Made by a program: the position numbers and the translations under genes
Notes under the pieces: generated by a model
What the model was told of the DNA's origin: nothing
The model's database searches: none
Seen by the model: only the letters and a program-made list of their open reading frames with translations
Origin: a bacterium HR08
GTDB lineage: Bacteria > Acidobacteriota > Blastocatellia > HR10
Assembly: GCA_002898775.1 (NCBI GenBank)
Contig: BEHK01000002.1
Span: forward strand, 1 to 49,533
Length of the DNA stretch: 49,533 nt
Direction of reading: 5' to 3'
Part shown: piece after piece, positions 19,401 to 29,300 of the stretch
Layout: the number at the start of each line of letters is the position of its first letter
Numbering within the stretch: the first letter of the stretch is position 1

Positions 19401-21092
19401 CAACTTGATCAGGCGACACGCCTCCGGCGCTTCCTCCAGCCAGTGACCACGAGCACCGATGAGCGTCGAGAGCGACATCACCAACTGCTCGCGCAACGGA
19501 TCAATCGGCGGGTTCGTCACCTGAGCGAACCGTTGCTTGAAGTACGTGTAGAGCAGGCGCGGCTTCTGCGAGAGCACCGACAGCGGCGTATCATCGCCCA
19601 TGGAGCCCGTCGGCTCCTTTCCCTCCACGACCATCTGCTTGAAGAGGAAATCCAGGTCCTCGGTCGTGTATCCGAAAACCCGCTGCTCGCGCACCAATTC
19701 GCCGGCTTCTCGCGCCGGCCGATCGAAAGAGGCCGCCGCCAGAAGAGGGGGTCCTGTGATCAGGTGCTCCTGAATCCATCGAGCATATGGGCGATGCGCG
19801 GCCACCGAACGCTTGATCTCCTCATTTCGAAGCAATCGTCCCTGCGCCATATCTACGGCGAGCATCATCCCAGGCCCCAATCGCCCCTTCTCGACAATCC
19901 GCTCCTCGGCAATAGGAAGCACGCCGACCTCTGAGGCGACGAGAATGATCCCCTCCGACGTCACCACATACCGCGCGGGTCGCAAGCCGTTCCGATCCAC
20001 GGCAGCCCCGACGATCCGCCCATCGCTGAAACAGAGCGCCGCCGGCCCATCCCACGGTTCCATCAGACATTCGTGATACTCGTAGAAGGCCCGCACCTCC
20101 TCATCCATGTCCGCGATCCCCTCATGGGCCTCCGGCACAAGCATCATCATCGCGTGCAAGAGCGAGCGCCCCGAGAGGACCAGCAACTCCAGCGCATTGT
20201 CCAGGTTGGCCGAATCGCTCCCCTCCTCCCACAGAATCGGCGCCAGAAGCTCCCCATCTTCCCCCCACACCGATGCCCGCAGGTCAGCCTCTCGGGCCCG
20301 CATCCAATGCCGATTCCCCTGGAGCGTGTTGATCTCCCCATTGTGCGCGAGCATGCGAAAGGGCTGGGCGAGCCGCCAATTCGGAAGCGTATTCGTGCTG
20401 TATCGCTGATGAAAGATCGCGAACGCCGTCTTGAACGACCGATTCCGCAAATCAGGATAAAACCGCCCAAGCTGCGAGGAGACCATGAGCCCCTTGTAGA
20501 CGATCGTGCGGTGCGAAAGGGAGACAATATAAGTCGAGAGCGCCGCCGCGCGCATCCGCCGCTCGATCAGCTTCCGAAGCAGATACAGCTCGCGCTCGAA
20601 ACGCTCGCCCGAACACGGCGCCTCCCCACTGGAGATCAGAAACTGCTCAATCGCCGGACACTCGGCCGCGGCTTTCTCACCGAGCACATCAAGGACGACG
20701 GGCACCGAGCGCCATCCGATCCATCGCACGCTCAATCGGCCGGGCCGAGACGGCCATTCTCGTACCGTCTCTTCAATGATCCGCCGCGCCTCGGTCAACT
20801 GTTCGCGTTCCGCAGGAAGAAAAGCCATCCCAACCGCTAATCTCTCGGTGTGGCAGAGGCGCGCTCCGAGCCGCACCGCCTCACGCCGGAAAAATCCTCG
20901 CGGGAGTTGAAAGAGCACACCAGCCCCATCTCCCGTCTCCGCATCCGCCGAAACCGCTCCGCGATGCTGCAGCCGCCCCAGTGCTTCAAGAGCCCACGCC
21001 AGAATCTCAGGCCGGGCCACCCCGCTCATATCGGCGATGAACCCCACGCCACAAGCATCGCGCTCGCTCAACGCCTCCCTCCATCCATCCAT
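16488..21092 (-). CDS. gltB: Glutamate synthase large (alpha) subunit
   Basis: ERDA/CGVGF N-terminal nucleophile, HQRYSTNT, AHNGEINT, KMAQGSKPGEGGQLPG, CVMARQCHLNTC 3Fe-4S motif, C-terminal beta-helix (GDHGCEYMTGG). Confidence 0.97.
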   Translation of the reverse strand: MDGWREALSERDACGVGFIADMSGVARPEILAWALEALGRLQHRGAVSADAETGDGAGVLFQLPRGFFRREAVRLGARLCHTERLAVGMAFLPAEREQLTEARRIIEETVREWPSRPGRLSVRWIGWRSVPVVLDVLGEKAAAECPAIEQFLISSGEAPCSGERFERELYLLRKLIERRMRAAALSTYIVSLSHRTIVYKGLMVSSQLGRFYPDLRNRSFKTAFAIFHQRYSTNTLPNWRLAQPFRMLAHNGEINTLQGNRHWMRAREADLRASVWGEDGELLAPILWEEGSDSANLDNALELLVLSGRSLLHAMMMLVPEAHEGIADMDEEVRAFYEYHECLMEPWDGPAALCFSDGRIVGAAVDRNGLRPARYVVTSEGIILVASEVGVLPIAEERIVEKGRLGPGMMLAVDMAQGRLLRNEEIKRSVAAHRPYARWIQEHLITGPPLLAAASFDRPAREAGELVREQRVFGYTTEDLDFLFKQMVVEGKEPTGSMGDDTPLSVLSQKPRLLYTYFKQRFAQVTNPPIDPLREQLVMSLSTLIGARGHWLEEAPEACRLIKLRSPILSEEALAWVLDRSRGRWARLEAVFPVADGPGGLRRAVRRLCEDAERAVGEGVRVLVLSDRAVDAERAPIPMLLAVGAVHHHLLRRGLRLRASLIAESGEPREDHHFACLLGYGASAVHPYLAFETVRALARERGMEPAEALENYVRALEKGLLKIMSKMGISVLLSYQGAQVFEAIGLAREVVEECFAGTPSRIGGASYEGLARDVLRIHDSAFRTSARGLEDHGFYRFRRQGEYHAFNPEIIRTLQRAVRTGDPEAFRAYARAVEERPPTALRDLLDFRRAAHSLPREEVEPVQAIVRRFSTSAMSHGALSREAHEVIAIAMNRLGARSNSGEGGEDPERYRPRPDGTWSNSVIKQVASARFGVTPEYLCSAVELEIKMAQGSKPGEGGQLPGHKVTSEIARIRHTLPGITLISPPPHHDIYSIEDLAQLIYDLRQINPAARIAVKLVAEAGIGTIAAGVAKAGADVIHVSGHDGGTGASPLGSIKHAGIPWELGLSEVHRVLCANGLRERVRVRVDGGLKTGRDVVMAALLGADEFGFGTAALVAIGCVMARQCHLNTCPVGVASQREDLRARFPGRPEHVERFFLFIAEDVREILAQLGVRHLAEIIGRTDLLIPRAIGAGELDADGDLLLPHREARLFLNELLHAGLNEEARGRDARDGRSQAHVRLRRRDASARRGASSDTLDERLLPEVKPAIEGERSVRLALPIRNTDRTVGARIAGEIARRYGDAGLPGTEIELRFVGSAGQSFGAFCVPGMRMILLGDANDYVGKGMHGGEIIVRPPEGASYAWHENVIMGNTVLYGATGGRLFAAGRAGERFAVRNSGAIAVVEGVGDHGCEYMTGGVVLVLGEVGRNFAAGMTGGLAFVFDERRCLPRRYNPELVRLVPLGDADEELVSALLREHVRATSSPRAQELLERWEEWKGFFWKVLPLGVDERIEASLRERAFASMSERALESPSDVFA

Positions 21093-21132
21093 GCCCCTTT
21101 TGCCTCCCTCCCAAGCTCACCGTTCAACCCCA

Positions 21133-21336
21133 TCACATAATCTTCGCGGTTATAACCCCTTCCTCAGGCCGCATATAGAGCGACTCAGGCAGAAGCGAAA
21201 CAATGATGTCATACTCCCGCACATCCTTGATGAACCGCCGAATCTCTCGAAGCAGGAACTGACGGAACTCTTGCTCTGAACCACAGTGCTCACGTTGAGC
21301 TAAGAGAAATTGCATGATCTGCCCGTATCTTCCCAT
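21133..21336 (-). CDS. Small hypothetical protein (67 aa) between the sigma54 promoter and gltB
   Basis: GGGGAGG SD, ATG 21336, amphipathic helical sequence, ends 40 nt before the gltB start. Confidence 0.65.
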   Translation of the reverse strand: MGRYGQIMQFLLAQREHCGSEQEFRQFLLREIRRFIKDVREYDIIVSLLPESLYMRPEEGVITAKIM

Positions 21337-21378
21337 AGCGATGCATCCTCCCCGTGAATCTCTCCCCGGTCTCGCCTG

Positions 21379-21395
21379 AGCAACTATTGTGCCAA
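21379..21395 (-). promoter_or_regulatory. sigma54 (-24/-12) promoter for the small ORF-gltB unit
   Basis: Minus strand TTGGCACAATAGTTGCT, a near-perfect TGGCAC-N5-TTGC. Confidence 0.85.
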
Positions 21396-21851
21396 AACAG
21401 GGGAGAAGGAGATCACCAGCCATCACATTGAAAACAAGCAACTTACACGTCAACCGCGGGAAAGGCGACTCCTCAAATGTGAACAGAAACGTACCAAACT
21501 CAGAAATTGAGACATAAAAGTAACGACCCCTCGCGAATCTCAAGTCCATCCGATCGAAGCCGCAGGCGATTCGTGAAAGATTGCTACACTTTTGTCCTAA
21601 ATTTTCTCGATCCGGAACGGATTTGATCGGTAGCATGATGATTCGAAAGGGCTTTCAAGTGTCGGTGACGAAAAGGCACACATGTCCCCCCATCTGCAAC
21701 GATCGTCCAACAGAGATTCTGATTTGTCGTCTTTCTGGACGAAAGAGACGATCTTGTTTCGACACTCAGCCCCGGTCTTCGGAGGCCGTGAGCAAGCCAT
21801 CTTTCCTCAGAGCAACGAGATAACGAGAGAAGGGGAGGCTCGCTCAAGGGT

Positions 21852-21868
21852 CCGGCATGGAGTTTGCA
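21852..21868 (+). promoter_or_regulatory. sigma54 (-24/-12) promoter for the porin gene
   Basis: CCGGCATGGAGTTTGCA: GG-N10-GC spacing with a TTTGCA -12 element. Confidence 0.7.
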
Positions 21869-21975
21869 AATAAAGCTCCTTCGCGCGAGGGGAAGACGAG
21901 AGCCTCGCTCGGGCGCATTTGGGTCGGGTCCACGCGCGAGGCTCCCCCTCACTCCACGAAGGAGGAGGTGTTTTT

Positions 21976-23232
21976 ATGTTAATGGAGAAGAAGACGCTCA
22001 CGCAAGTCGGATCATCCCTTCCTCCCGGCTCCCAAGGTGGTGTCCTCTGGACAAAACGGACGATCAGCGCTCAGTTCCTGGTTTGCCTTATCTGCCTTAT
22101 CCTCGCCTTACAAGAGCCCTTTTCATGGGCGCAGGAATCCCAAGCTCAGAAGCAGAATGCAGGAGCAGCCTCCCAAGAGCAGGGCTCCTCATTCTGGAAA
22201 GGCATTCGGTGGAACGGACATTTGGCGATCTCCTATATCCACAATACCACCAGCTCAACGAGCACCTTTCGAGTCTTCGATGAAGAGGCTCGCCGGTTCA
22301 CTCTCCATCAGATGGGATTCTGGCTTGAAAAACCACCCACCGGAGAATCGCCGTTCGGATTTGGAGTAGACATCGTCTTGGGCTCCGATGCCAAGAAGAT
22401 TCACGCGATGGGCTTGGGGGATACGGATGACCCGTTCGATCTCACTCAGGCTTACATCACGTACATGGTTCCCCTCGGAACCGGCCTCATGTTGAAGGTC
22501 GGAAAGTTCGTGACCCTGCACGGAGCCGAAGTTATCCGTCGTCCCGAGAACTTCAACGTCTCTCGTTCGATCCTCTTCGGATATGCGATCCCCTTCACCC
22601 ACACGGGGCTCCTCGCGACCTATCCCATCACCGACCGATTCACTGTGACCGCGAGCATTGTCAATGGGTGGGACAATGTCACCGATAACAACTCCGGGAA
22701 GTCGCTGCACGGCATGGTCACGCTCCTCCCCCGCAAGGATCTGACCGTGACCATTGGGGGAACGTGGGGTCCGGAGCGAGCGGGTACGAACGGACCAAAG
22801 CGCGGCCTGGTGGACATCGTCGCTGCATATAAGCCGACCCCGACCGTATCCCTCATAGCGAACTTCGACTATGGGCGCGAGGCGGATGCCGTCCCCAACC
22901 AACTCGGTGAAGCCCAGAAGGCCCACTGGTATGGGGGCGCCGGATATATCCTCTATGATCTCACGACCCGATGGGCCATCGGCCTGCGGGGAGAATTCTT
23001 CAACGATCCGCAAGGCCTTCGCCTCGGATGGACCGATGCCCATACGGGTCTCCCCATCGGACTCACTCTCCGGGAGGTGACGGGCACGGTCCGTTACAAG
23101 ATCACCGAGCAACTTCTCGCTAATTTCGAATATCGCCAGGATTTCGCCAATCATCCGGTCTTCGGCCAGAGCCCTGGACGACAGAAGTCCCAGGGCACCA
23201 TCCTCGTGGAGCTGGTCTATGTATGGAAATGA
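21976..23232 (+). CDS. Outer-membrane beta-barrel porin (putative BBP2/DUF1597-like family)
   Basis: Signal peptide; LTQAYI, KVGKFVTLHGAEVI, NFNVSRSILFGYAIPFTHTG, VNGWDN, GLRGEFF, FEYRQD; C-terminal LVYVWK; GGAGG SD. Confidence 0.85.
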   Translation: MLMEKKTLTQVGSSLPPGSQGGVLWTKRTISAQFLVCLICLILALQEPFSWAQESQAQKQNAGAASQEQGSSFWKGIRWNGHLAISYIHNTTSSTSTFRVFDEEARRFTLHQMGFWLEKPPTGESPFGFGVDIVLGSDAKKIHAMGLGDTDDPFDLTQAYITYMVPLGTGLMLKVGKFVTLHGAEVIRRPENFNVSRSILFGYAIPFTHTGLLATYPITDRFTVTASIVNGWDNVTDNNSGKSLHGMVTLLPRKDLTVTIGGTWGPERAGTNGPKRGLVDIVAAYKPTPTVSLIANFDYGREADAVPNQLGEAQKAHWYGGAGYILYDLTTRWAIGLRGEFFNDPQGLRLGWTDAHTGLPIGLTLREVTGTVRYKITEQLLANFEYRQDFANHPVFGQSPGRQKSQGTILVELVYVWK

Positions 23233-23336
23233 TCCCCATGAGAGGCTCAGCGCGAAAAATCCCGAGTAACCAATGGACCCCTTGCGCGTTTGATTTCGAA
23301 AACGTCCTCCGGCCATAGGGGTCGAGGCGAAGCGTC

Positions 23337-23972
23337 TTACATCCGAAATTCTCGTGCGCGACGGCGGAGCCATCCCGTCACGCTGAAGCGCTCCTTTCGG
23401 GTCGGCTGCACCTCGTGCTCCACCGTGTCGCTCCGCAGGAGGACGAAGGTTCCGGCTCGCGGCAGGATATCGTGAGCCGTCCCATCAGGATCGTAAATCC
23501 TCAACGCGCCCCCATCGTCCTCACTCCACGCGGGATTCAGATAGAGAATACATGAGATCACCCGTTCGTCGGCCGTGAGAAACCGGTCGCGGTGCCGCCG
23601 ATAAAAGGCTCCCGAAGGGAAGACGGCGTAGTGAACCTCGAACGCGATGAGTCCGAGGAACAGCGCTTCATTCAGAACCTGCCGCAGTCGCTCGATCTCC
23701 GCCCAGTAGATGGCTTGAATGGGCGTCAGGGCATCCTCGTCCCACCAGAGGATCCAATCCCCACGAATCTCCGAGCGAACCCGATAGCCTGTACCGCGCC
23801 CGATCCCCGCGGGTCGGAATTTCCCCTCGTGCCAGAGACGTCGCGCCTCCTCGGCCAACTCGTGGACGACCCACGCGGGGAGAGCGTCCGTCGTCACGGT
23901 CCATCCTCGCTCCACGAGCTGGTGGAGCGCAGTTGAGAACCGCCCTTCGGATCCCCCCCAGATGCCGTGCAT
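23337..23972 (-). CDS. 2OG-Fe(II) oxygenase, prolyl-hydroxylase (EGLN/SM-20)-like
   Basis: IRGDWILW, FYRRHRD (HxD), ILYLNPAW, GGALR, EHEV, RFSVTGW. Confidence 0.9.
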   Translation of the reverse strand: MHGIWGGSEGRFSTALHQLVERGWTVTTDALPAWVVHELAEEARRLWHEGKFRPAGIGRGTGYRVRSEIRGDWILWWDEDALTPIQAIYWAEIERLRQVLNEALFLGLIAFEVHYAVFPSGAFYRRHRDRFLTADERVISCILYLNPAWSEDDGGALRIYDPDGTAHDILPRAGTFVLLRSDTVEHEVQPTRKERFSVTGWLRRRAREFRM

Positions 23973-24065
23973 ATCGGCGCTCTGGTCTGGGCGATCTGAA
24001 CCTTACTCAATTATACGGCGAGATGCGCCGGATTCGACTCTTCTCGAATCTGACCTCCTGCCCTC

Positions 24066-24094
24066 TTGACGCTAAAGGCGAAGGCGGATAGGCT
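24066..24094 (+). promoter_or_regulatory. sigma70-type promoter of the D-aminoacylase gene
   Basis: TTGACG-17 nt-TAGGCT, 12 nt upstream of ATG 24107. Confidence 0.55.
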
Positions 24095-24106
24095 CCCCCT
24101 CTGGCG

Positions 24107-25732
24107 ATGAGCAAGTGGGCCCGCGCCTTAATGCGGCGGACGCTCATGTCGCTCCTGATCGGGAGCGCGATGTGGTCCTCTCATCTCCCCTCAGCACCAC
24201 TGGTGGTATCCTCCTCGTCATCTCCGGCCTCATGGGTGATCGTGGGAGCGACCATCGTGGATGGCAGCGGCCGACGGCGTTTCCGCGCCAATGTTCGCAT
24301 CTCCGGTGACCGCATCGTCCGCGTCGGACGGTTCGCGCCCGGACCCAATGAGCGCGTGCTCCGCGTCCCGGGTCTTGTTCTCGCCCCGGGTTTCATTGAC
24401 CTGCACAACCATTCGGATCGTGGGCTGGAGGCGGAGCCCACGGCGACCAGCCAGATCGCTCAAGGGATCACGACGATCGCGCTTGGCCTGGACGGCAGCT
24501 CCCCATGGCCGATCGCCGATTACCTCCAGAGGCGTCGAGAACGTCCGGCAGCGGTCAACGTCTTGCTCTTCGTCGGCCATGCCACAGTGCGCCAACTCGT
24601 CATGGGACGCGAGACGAACCGACCGGCCTCCGAGCGCGAGATCATGGAGATGGAACGGCTCGTCGAGCGAGGAATGCGAGAAGGCGCCTTCGGACTCTCT
24701 ACCGGTCTCGAATATGATGTCGGCTATTGGAGTACGACGGAGGAGATCATCGCCCTGGCGCGCGTCGCAGCGCGTCAGGGAGGCCTCTATGTGAGCCACA
24801 TCCGCGATGAGGGCAATGGCATGCTCGAGGCTCTCGAGGAAGCGCTGCGCATCGGTCGCGAAGCCAACATTCCGGTCCACATCTCGCACATCAAGCTGGC
24901 GACCGTGAGCGTGTGGGGGAAGGCGCGCGAGGTCGTCGCGCGGATCGAGCGCGCGCGTCAGGCGGGGGTAGATGTCACCGCCGATGCGTATCCTTATGAG
25001 GCGTGGGCTTCGACGATCACCGTCCTTGTGCCGAGTCGTCGGCATGAGGATCCCGCGGCCGTCGCGCAGGGCCTCGAGGATATCGGGGGCGCGGACCGCA
25101 TTCTCCTCACGACTTGTCCCGCACATCCTGAATATGAAGGGAAGACGCTGCAAGAGATCGCCCGGGAGCGAGGGATGACGCCGGTTCAGGTCTACATGGA
25201 GATCGTTCGCGAGGGCGGAGCCGGCGTCGTCTGCCGCTCCATGCAGGAAGCCGATCTTCGCGTCTTTTATCGCCAACCGTGGGTCATGGTCGCCAGCGAC
25301 GGGGGCATCGGCATGCGCCATCCGCGCGGTGCGGGCGCTTTTCCTCGCGTCCTCGCTCGCTATGTGCGCGAGCAACGTCTGCTCGCCCTCGAAGAAGCGA
25401 TTCGAAAGATGACGGGCCTGCCCGCCGCTCGTTTGGGACTGAAGGATCGCGGACTCATTCGCGAAGGCTTCGCGGCCGACCTCGTTCTCTTCGATCCCCG
25501 CCCCGTTCACGACCGCTCGACCTTTCGCGAGCCGCATCTGCAGCCCGTGGGTATCGAGTATGTCTTCGTGAATGGCCGGCTCGTGTGGGAGCGCGGTCGC
25601 CCGACAGGCGCGTGTCCTGGCCGCGTCCTCACACCGCCCGAGCGACCGGCCCGGAAGAGGGGGGGAGCCATCGGAGCGCTGAACCGTTCTGGAGATCACG
25701 AGGTCAACGCCGCGCGCCTTCAGCCTCCATAG
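24107..25732 (+). CDS. N-acyl-D-amino-acid deacylase (D-aminoacylase) family amidohydrolase, probably exported
   Basis: APGFIDLHNHSD, GAFGLSTGLEY, SHIRDE, HISHIK, DAYPY, ASDG, HPRGAGAFPR, ADLVLFD; N-terminal signal-like segment. Confidence 0.92.
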   Translation: MSKWARALMRRTLMSLLIGSAMWSSHLPSAPLVVSSSSSPASWVIVGATIVDGSGRRRFRANVRISGDRIVRVGRFAPGPNERVLRVPGLVLAPGFIDLHNHSDRGLEAEPTATSQIAQGITTIALGLDGSSPWPIADYLQRRRERPAAVNVLLFVGHATVRQLVMGRETNRPASEREIMEMERLVERGMREGAFGLSTGLEYDVGYWSTTEEIIALARVAARQGGLYVSHIRDEGNGMLEALEEALRIGREANIPVHISHIKLATVSVWGKAREVVARIERARQAGVDVTADAYPYEAWASTITVLVPSRRHEDPAAVAQGLEDIGGADRILLTTCPAHPEYEGKTLQEIARERGMTPVQVYMEIVREGGAGVVCRSMQEADLRVFYRQPWVMVASDGGIGMRHPRGAGAFPRVLARYVREQRLLALEEAIRKMTGLPAARLGLKDRGLIREGFAADLVLFDPRPVHDRSTFREPHLQPVGIEYVFVNGRLVWERGRPTGACPGRVLTPPERPARKRGGAIGALNRSGDHEVNAARLQPP

Positions 25733-26220
25733 AAGATCTTCGGGCCGAGGTCCTTCAACCACAAGACGGCCTCATCGGGCCGCCCTTCGGGTTCGCGTCG
25801 AACACCGGCCTCGACCACCTCCCCGACGACCACGGCATGATCGCCCCGCTCGACGACGTCCGTGACGCGACATTCGACGAAGGCCGGCACCGCCCGCAAA
25901 ATGGGGCTTCCCGTTGTCCCCGCGTCATACTCATGCCCGCCGATCTGCCGCTCGTCACTCTCAACCGGTTTGAAGAACGCGTAGGCGATCTCTCCTTGAT
26001 CCTTCCCCAGAAAATTCAATGCGAACGCTCCAGAAGAGCGCAGCACGCCGTAAATGCGCGAATCCGTTTTGACGGCGACGACCACAAGGGGAGGCTCGAA
26101 CGACGCTTGCGTCACCCAATTGACCGTCGCCGCCGCGGCTCCCTCCGACGAACGCGACGTCAAGACATAGAGTCCGTAGGGAATCATGCGCAACGCCGTC
26201 TTCTTCGCCTTCTCGTCCAT
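25720..26220 (-). CDS. Flavin reductase-like FMN-binding protein
   Basis: IPYGLYVLT, WVTQASFEPPL, GDHAVVVGEV; convergent 13-nt overlap with the D-aminoacylase. Confidence 0.9.
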   Translation of the reverse strand: MDEKAKKTALRMIPYGLYVLTSRSSEGAAAATVNWVTQASFEPPLVVVAVKTDSRIYGVLRSSGAFALNFLGKDQGEIAYAFFKPVESDERQIGGHEYDAGTTGSPILRAVPAFVECRVTDVVERGDHAVVVGEVVEAGVRREPEGRPDEAVLWLKDLGPKIFYGG

Positions 26221-26333
26221 CCTCGCCTCCTCGAAGAAGAATCGCGAAGGGGTTCAAATCTTACCAGAAGCGCTCGCTCCTTGAAAGACCGGGCGAGCGT
26301 TCGCGGCGTGTTCGGCCGTGAGGCACCGGGCGT

Positions 26334-26362
26334 TTGACTCTCCCGCCCGAGCTTGATAATGT
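26334..26362 (+). promoter_or_regulatory. sigma70-type promoter of the propeller-amidohydrolase gene
   Basis: TTGACT-17 nt-TAATGT with extended TG; GGAGGGAGG SD downstream. Confidence 0.55.
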
Positions 26363-26392
26363 GACCCCGAAACGCCTTCTGGAGGGAGGGTC

Positions 26393-29300
26393 ATGAGGAG
26401 ACGGAATCGAAGGGCGCGCTCACTTCGCGTCGCGCTTTTTCTGCTCGCGATCATCGCCTGCCCTTCTCCTTCGCGCTTTCCCCTCTGGGGCCAGGAACCG
26501 AGGTCGGAATCGAAGCCGGAGGAGAAGAGAGAGGAGCTCCCCCTCACACCGACGGAGACGATCGAGTTCGTCACGGACGAAGGCACATGGATGTCGCTGG
26601 ATGTCTCTCCCGATGGCCAGACGATCGTCTTCGATCTTCTGGGGGATCTCTATGTGCTGCCCATCACCGGTGGTGAAGCGAAGCGCATCTTCGGGGGGAT
26701 GTCCTTCGAGAGCCAGCCGAGGTTCTCACCCGATGGAAAGCGGATCGTCTTCCTCAGCGACCGCAGTGGGGCCGAGAACGTATGGGTGGCCAATGCCGAT
26801 GGCTCCGATCCGAGGCCGGTGACGAAAGGGCGCCACCAGATGTTCGCCTCGCCGACGTGGACGCCGGATGGTCGCTATATCGTCGTCTCCCGCTCGACCG
26901 ATCCGATTGGGACGTTCTCCCTCTGGATGTATCACATCGAGGGAGGGACGGGCGTTCAGATCGGGCCGCCGGATCCCCCCCTTCCCGAACCGGACTCGCA
27001 AGAACCGGCTCGGCCTCGCCAGAATAAACTGGGAGCGGTCGTCTCGCCCGATGGGCGATATCTCTACTATTCCGTGCGCACGGGGGCGTTCACCTACAAC
27101 GCGATGTTTCCTCTCTGGCAGATCGTTCGCTTCGACCGTGAAACGGGAGAGACGACGACCCTCACCAATGCTCAGGGGAGCGCCATGCGGCCTGTTCTCT
27201 CGCCTGATGGGAAGAGGCTCGTCTATGCGACCCGGTATGAGACCGGAACGGGCCTGCGCATCCGCGATCTGGAGACGGGCGAGGAGCGCTGGCTGATCTA
27301 TCCGGTCACGCGCGACGATCAGGAATCGCGCGCGACGCGCGATACGATGCCCGGATATGCCTTCCTCCCTGACGGGCGAGCGCTCATCGTTCCCATCGAA
27401 GGGAAGATCTGGCGCGTGGATGTCGAGACGGGGCAGCGCACACTGATCCCTTTCACGGCTAAAGTCGAAGCGGAGATCGGCCCGCGCGCCTACTTCCAGT
27501 ACCGAGTGGAAGACAGTCCGATGGTGCGCGCGCGCTTGATTCGCTGGCCCACCCTCTCTCCGGATGGCCGGCGTTTGGCCTTCACCGCGTTCAACAGGAT
27601 TTGGATCATGGAGTGGCCTTCGGGGACGCCGCGACGGCTGACGAATGCCTCTGTCGGAGAATTCATGCCCACGTGGTCTCCCGATGGCCGGTACATCGCC
27701 TACGTGACATGGACGCCGCAGGGCGGCCACATCTTCCGCGCGGCCGTTGACGGAGGTTCACCTCCGGAGCCACTGACCCGTCGCCCGGCGTACTACTCCT
27801 CCCCCGTCTACTCGCCCGATGGCTCCAAGATCGTCTTCATTTCCGGTCCGACGCGGCAACACCTGTATGCAGAACTCCGAGAGCGTGCTTCTGGACCGCG
27901 TCCGGACCTCCTTTCCGAAGGAGCCCACGCCGCGGAGATCACGGGCATTCCGCCGAGGATCGGGCTGGACTTGCGGTGGATCCCCGCCGAAGGGGGAGGG
28001 TCCAGGCTCATCGGGCCGACGCAAGGAGGCATTTCGCCCCACTTCGCTCGTGAGCCCGACCGCATCTACATGACGACGTCGCGCGGCTTGGTCTCGCTGC
28101 GACTGGATGGACGGGATCGGCGCACCCACTTTCGCGTGCGCGGTTCGGCTCCTGGTCCGTTCCCGCCCGATGCTGAAGAGATTCGGCTCTCGCCTGATGG
28201 CGAGCGCGCTTTCGTCAGCCTGCAGAACAAACTCTATCTCATTCCCGTCCCAAAGGCCGGGGGCGAGACGATCACCATCGCGATCACGCCAAATGGGCCA
28301 TCGGCCGTGCCCGTCAAGCGACTCTCTCTGGAGGGTGGTGATTATCTCAACTGGACGGCGGATGGAAAGGCGATCACGTGGTCCTGGGGAGCGAGATTCT
28401 ACCGGCAGGACCTCTCGGCCGAGAAACCGGACATGACGGACGTCGTCGTCGAAGTCCCCCGAGCGCGACCGACCGGTACGATTGTCCTGAGCGGCGCACG
28501 ACTCATCACGATGAAGGGCGATGAGGTCATCGAGCGGGGCGACATCGTCATCACCGGGAATCGCATCGTGGCGATCGGCCCCAAGGGCCGAGTCCCCATT
28601 CCCGCTGGCGCTCGCGTTCTCGACGTGACCGGGAAGACGATCATCCCGGGCTTTGTGGACGTCCACGCGCACATGTGGCCGCCGCGCGGCGTGCACCAAA
28701 CGCAGGTCTGGCAATACCTGGCCAATCTCGCCTACGGCGTCACGACCACGCGTGATCCGCAAAGCTCGACGACCGATGTCTTCGCGTACGCCGATCTGGT
28801 CGAGGCCGGCGAGATTCTCGGACCGCGCATCTTCTCGACCGGTCCTGGGGTCTTCTCGCGCTCGGGGCTTGATGACCTGGACGCGACGCGCGCCCTCCTC
28901 AAGCGATACAAAGAGGCGTATCAGACGAACACGCTGAAGCAGTACGTGGCGGGTGATCGCATCGTGCGACAGTGGGTGGTGATGGCCTGCCGAGAGTTGG
29001 GGATCACGCCGACGACCGAAGGCGCGCTCGACATGAAGCTGGACCTCACGCAGATGGCCGACGGCTTCTCCGGACAGGAACACGCGCTGCCGATTCAACC
29101 GCTCTACAAGGACGTCATCGAGTTCGTCGCGCGAACGAAGACGTTTTATACCCCCACGATCCTGGTGGCTTACGGAGCGCCGTTCACGGAGAACTATTAC
29201 TTCACCTCGCACGATGTGCACGGGGATCGGAAGCTGCGTCGCTTCATCCCTCATGAGGTCTTAGACACGATGGTCCGACGTCGGCGCCAGTGGTTCCTGG

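Noticed and set aside
21337-21952. ORFs in the gltB-porin intergenic region (extension to 21636, 21581-21823, 21584-21952)
   Set aside because: They cross sigma54 promoters, lack SDs and have atypical composition; the region is better read as regulatory DNA
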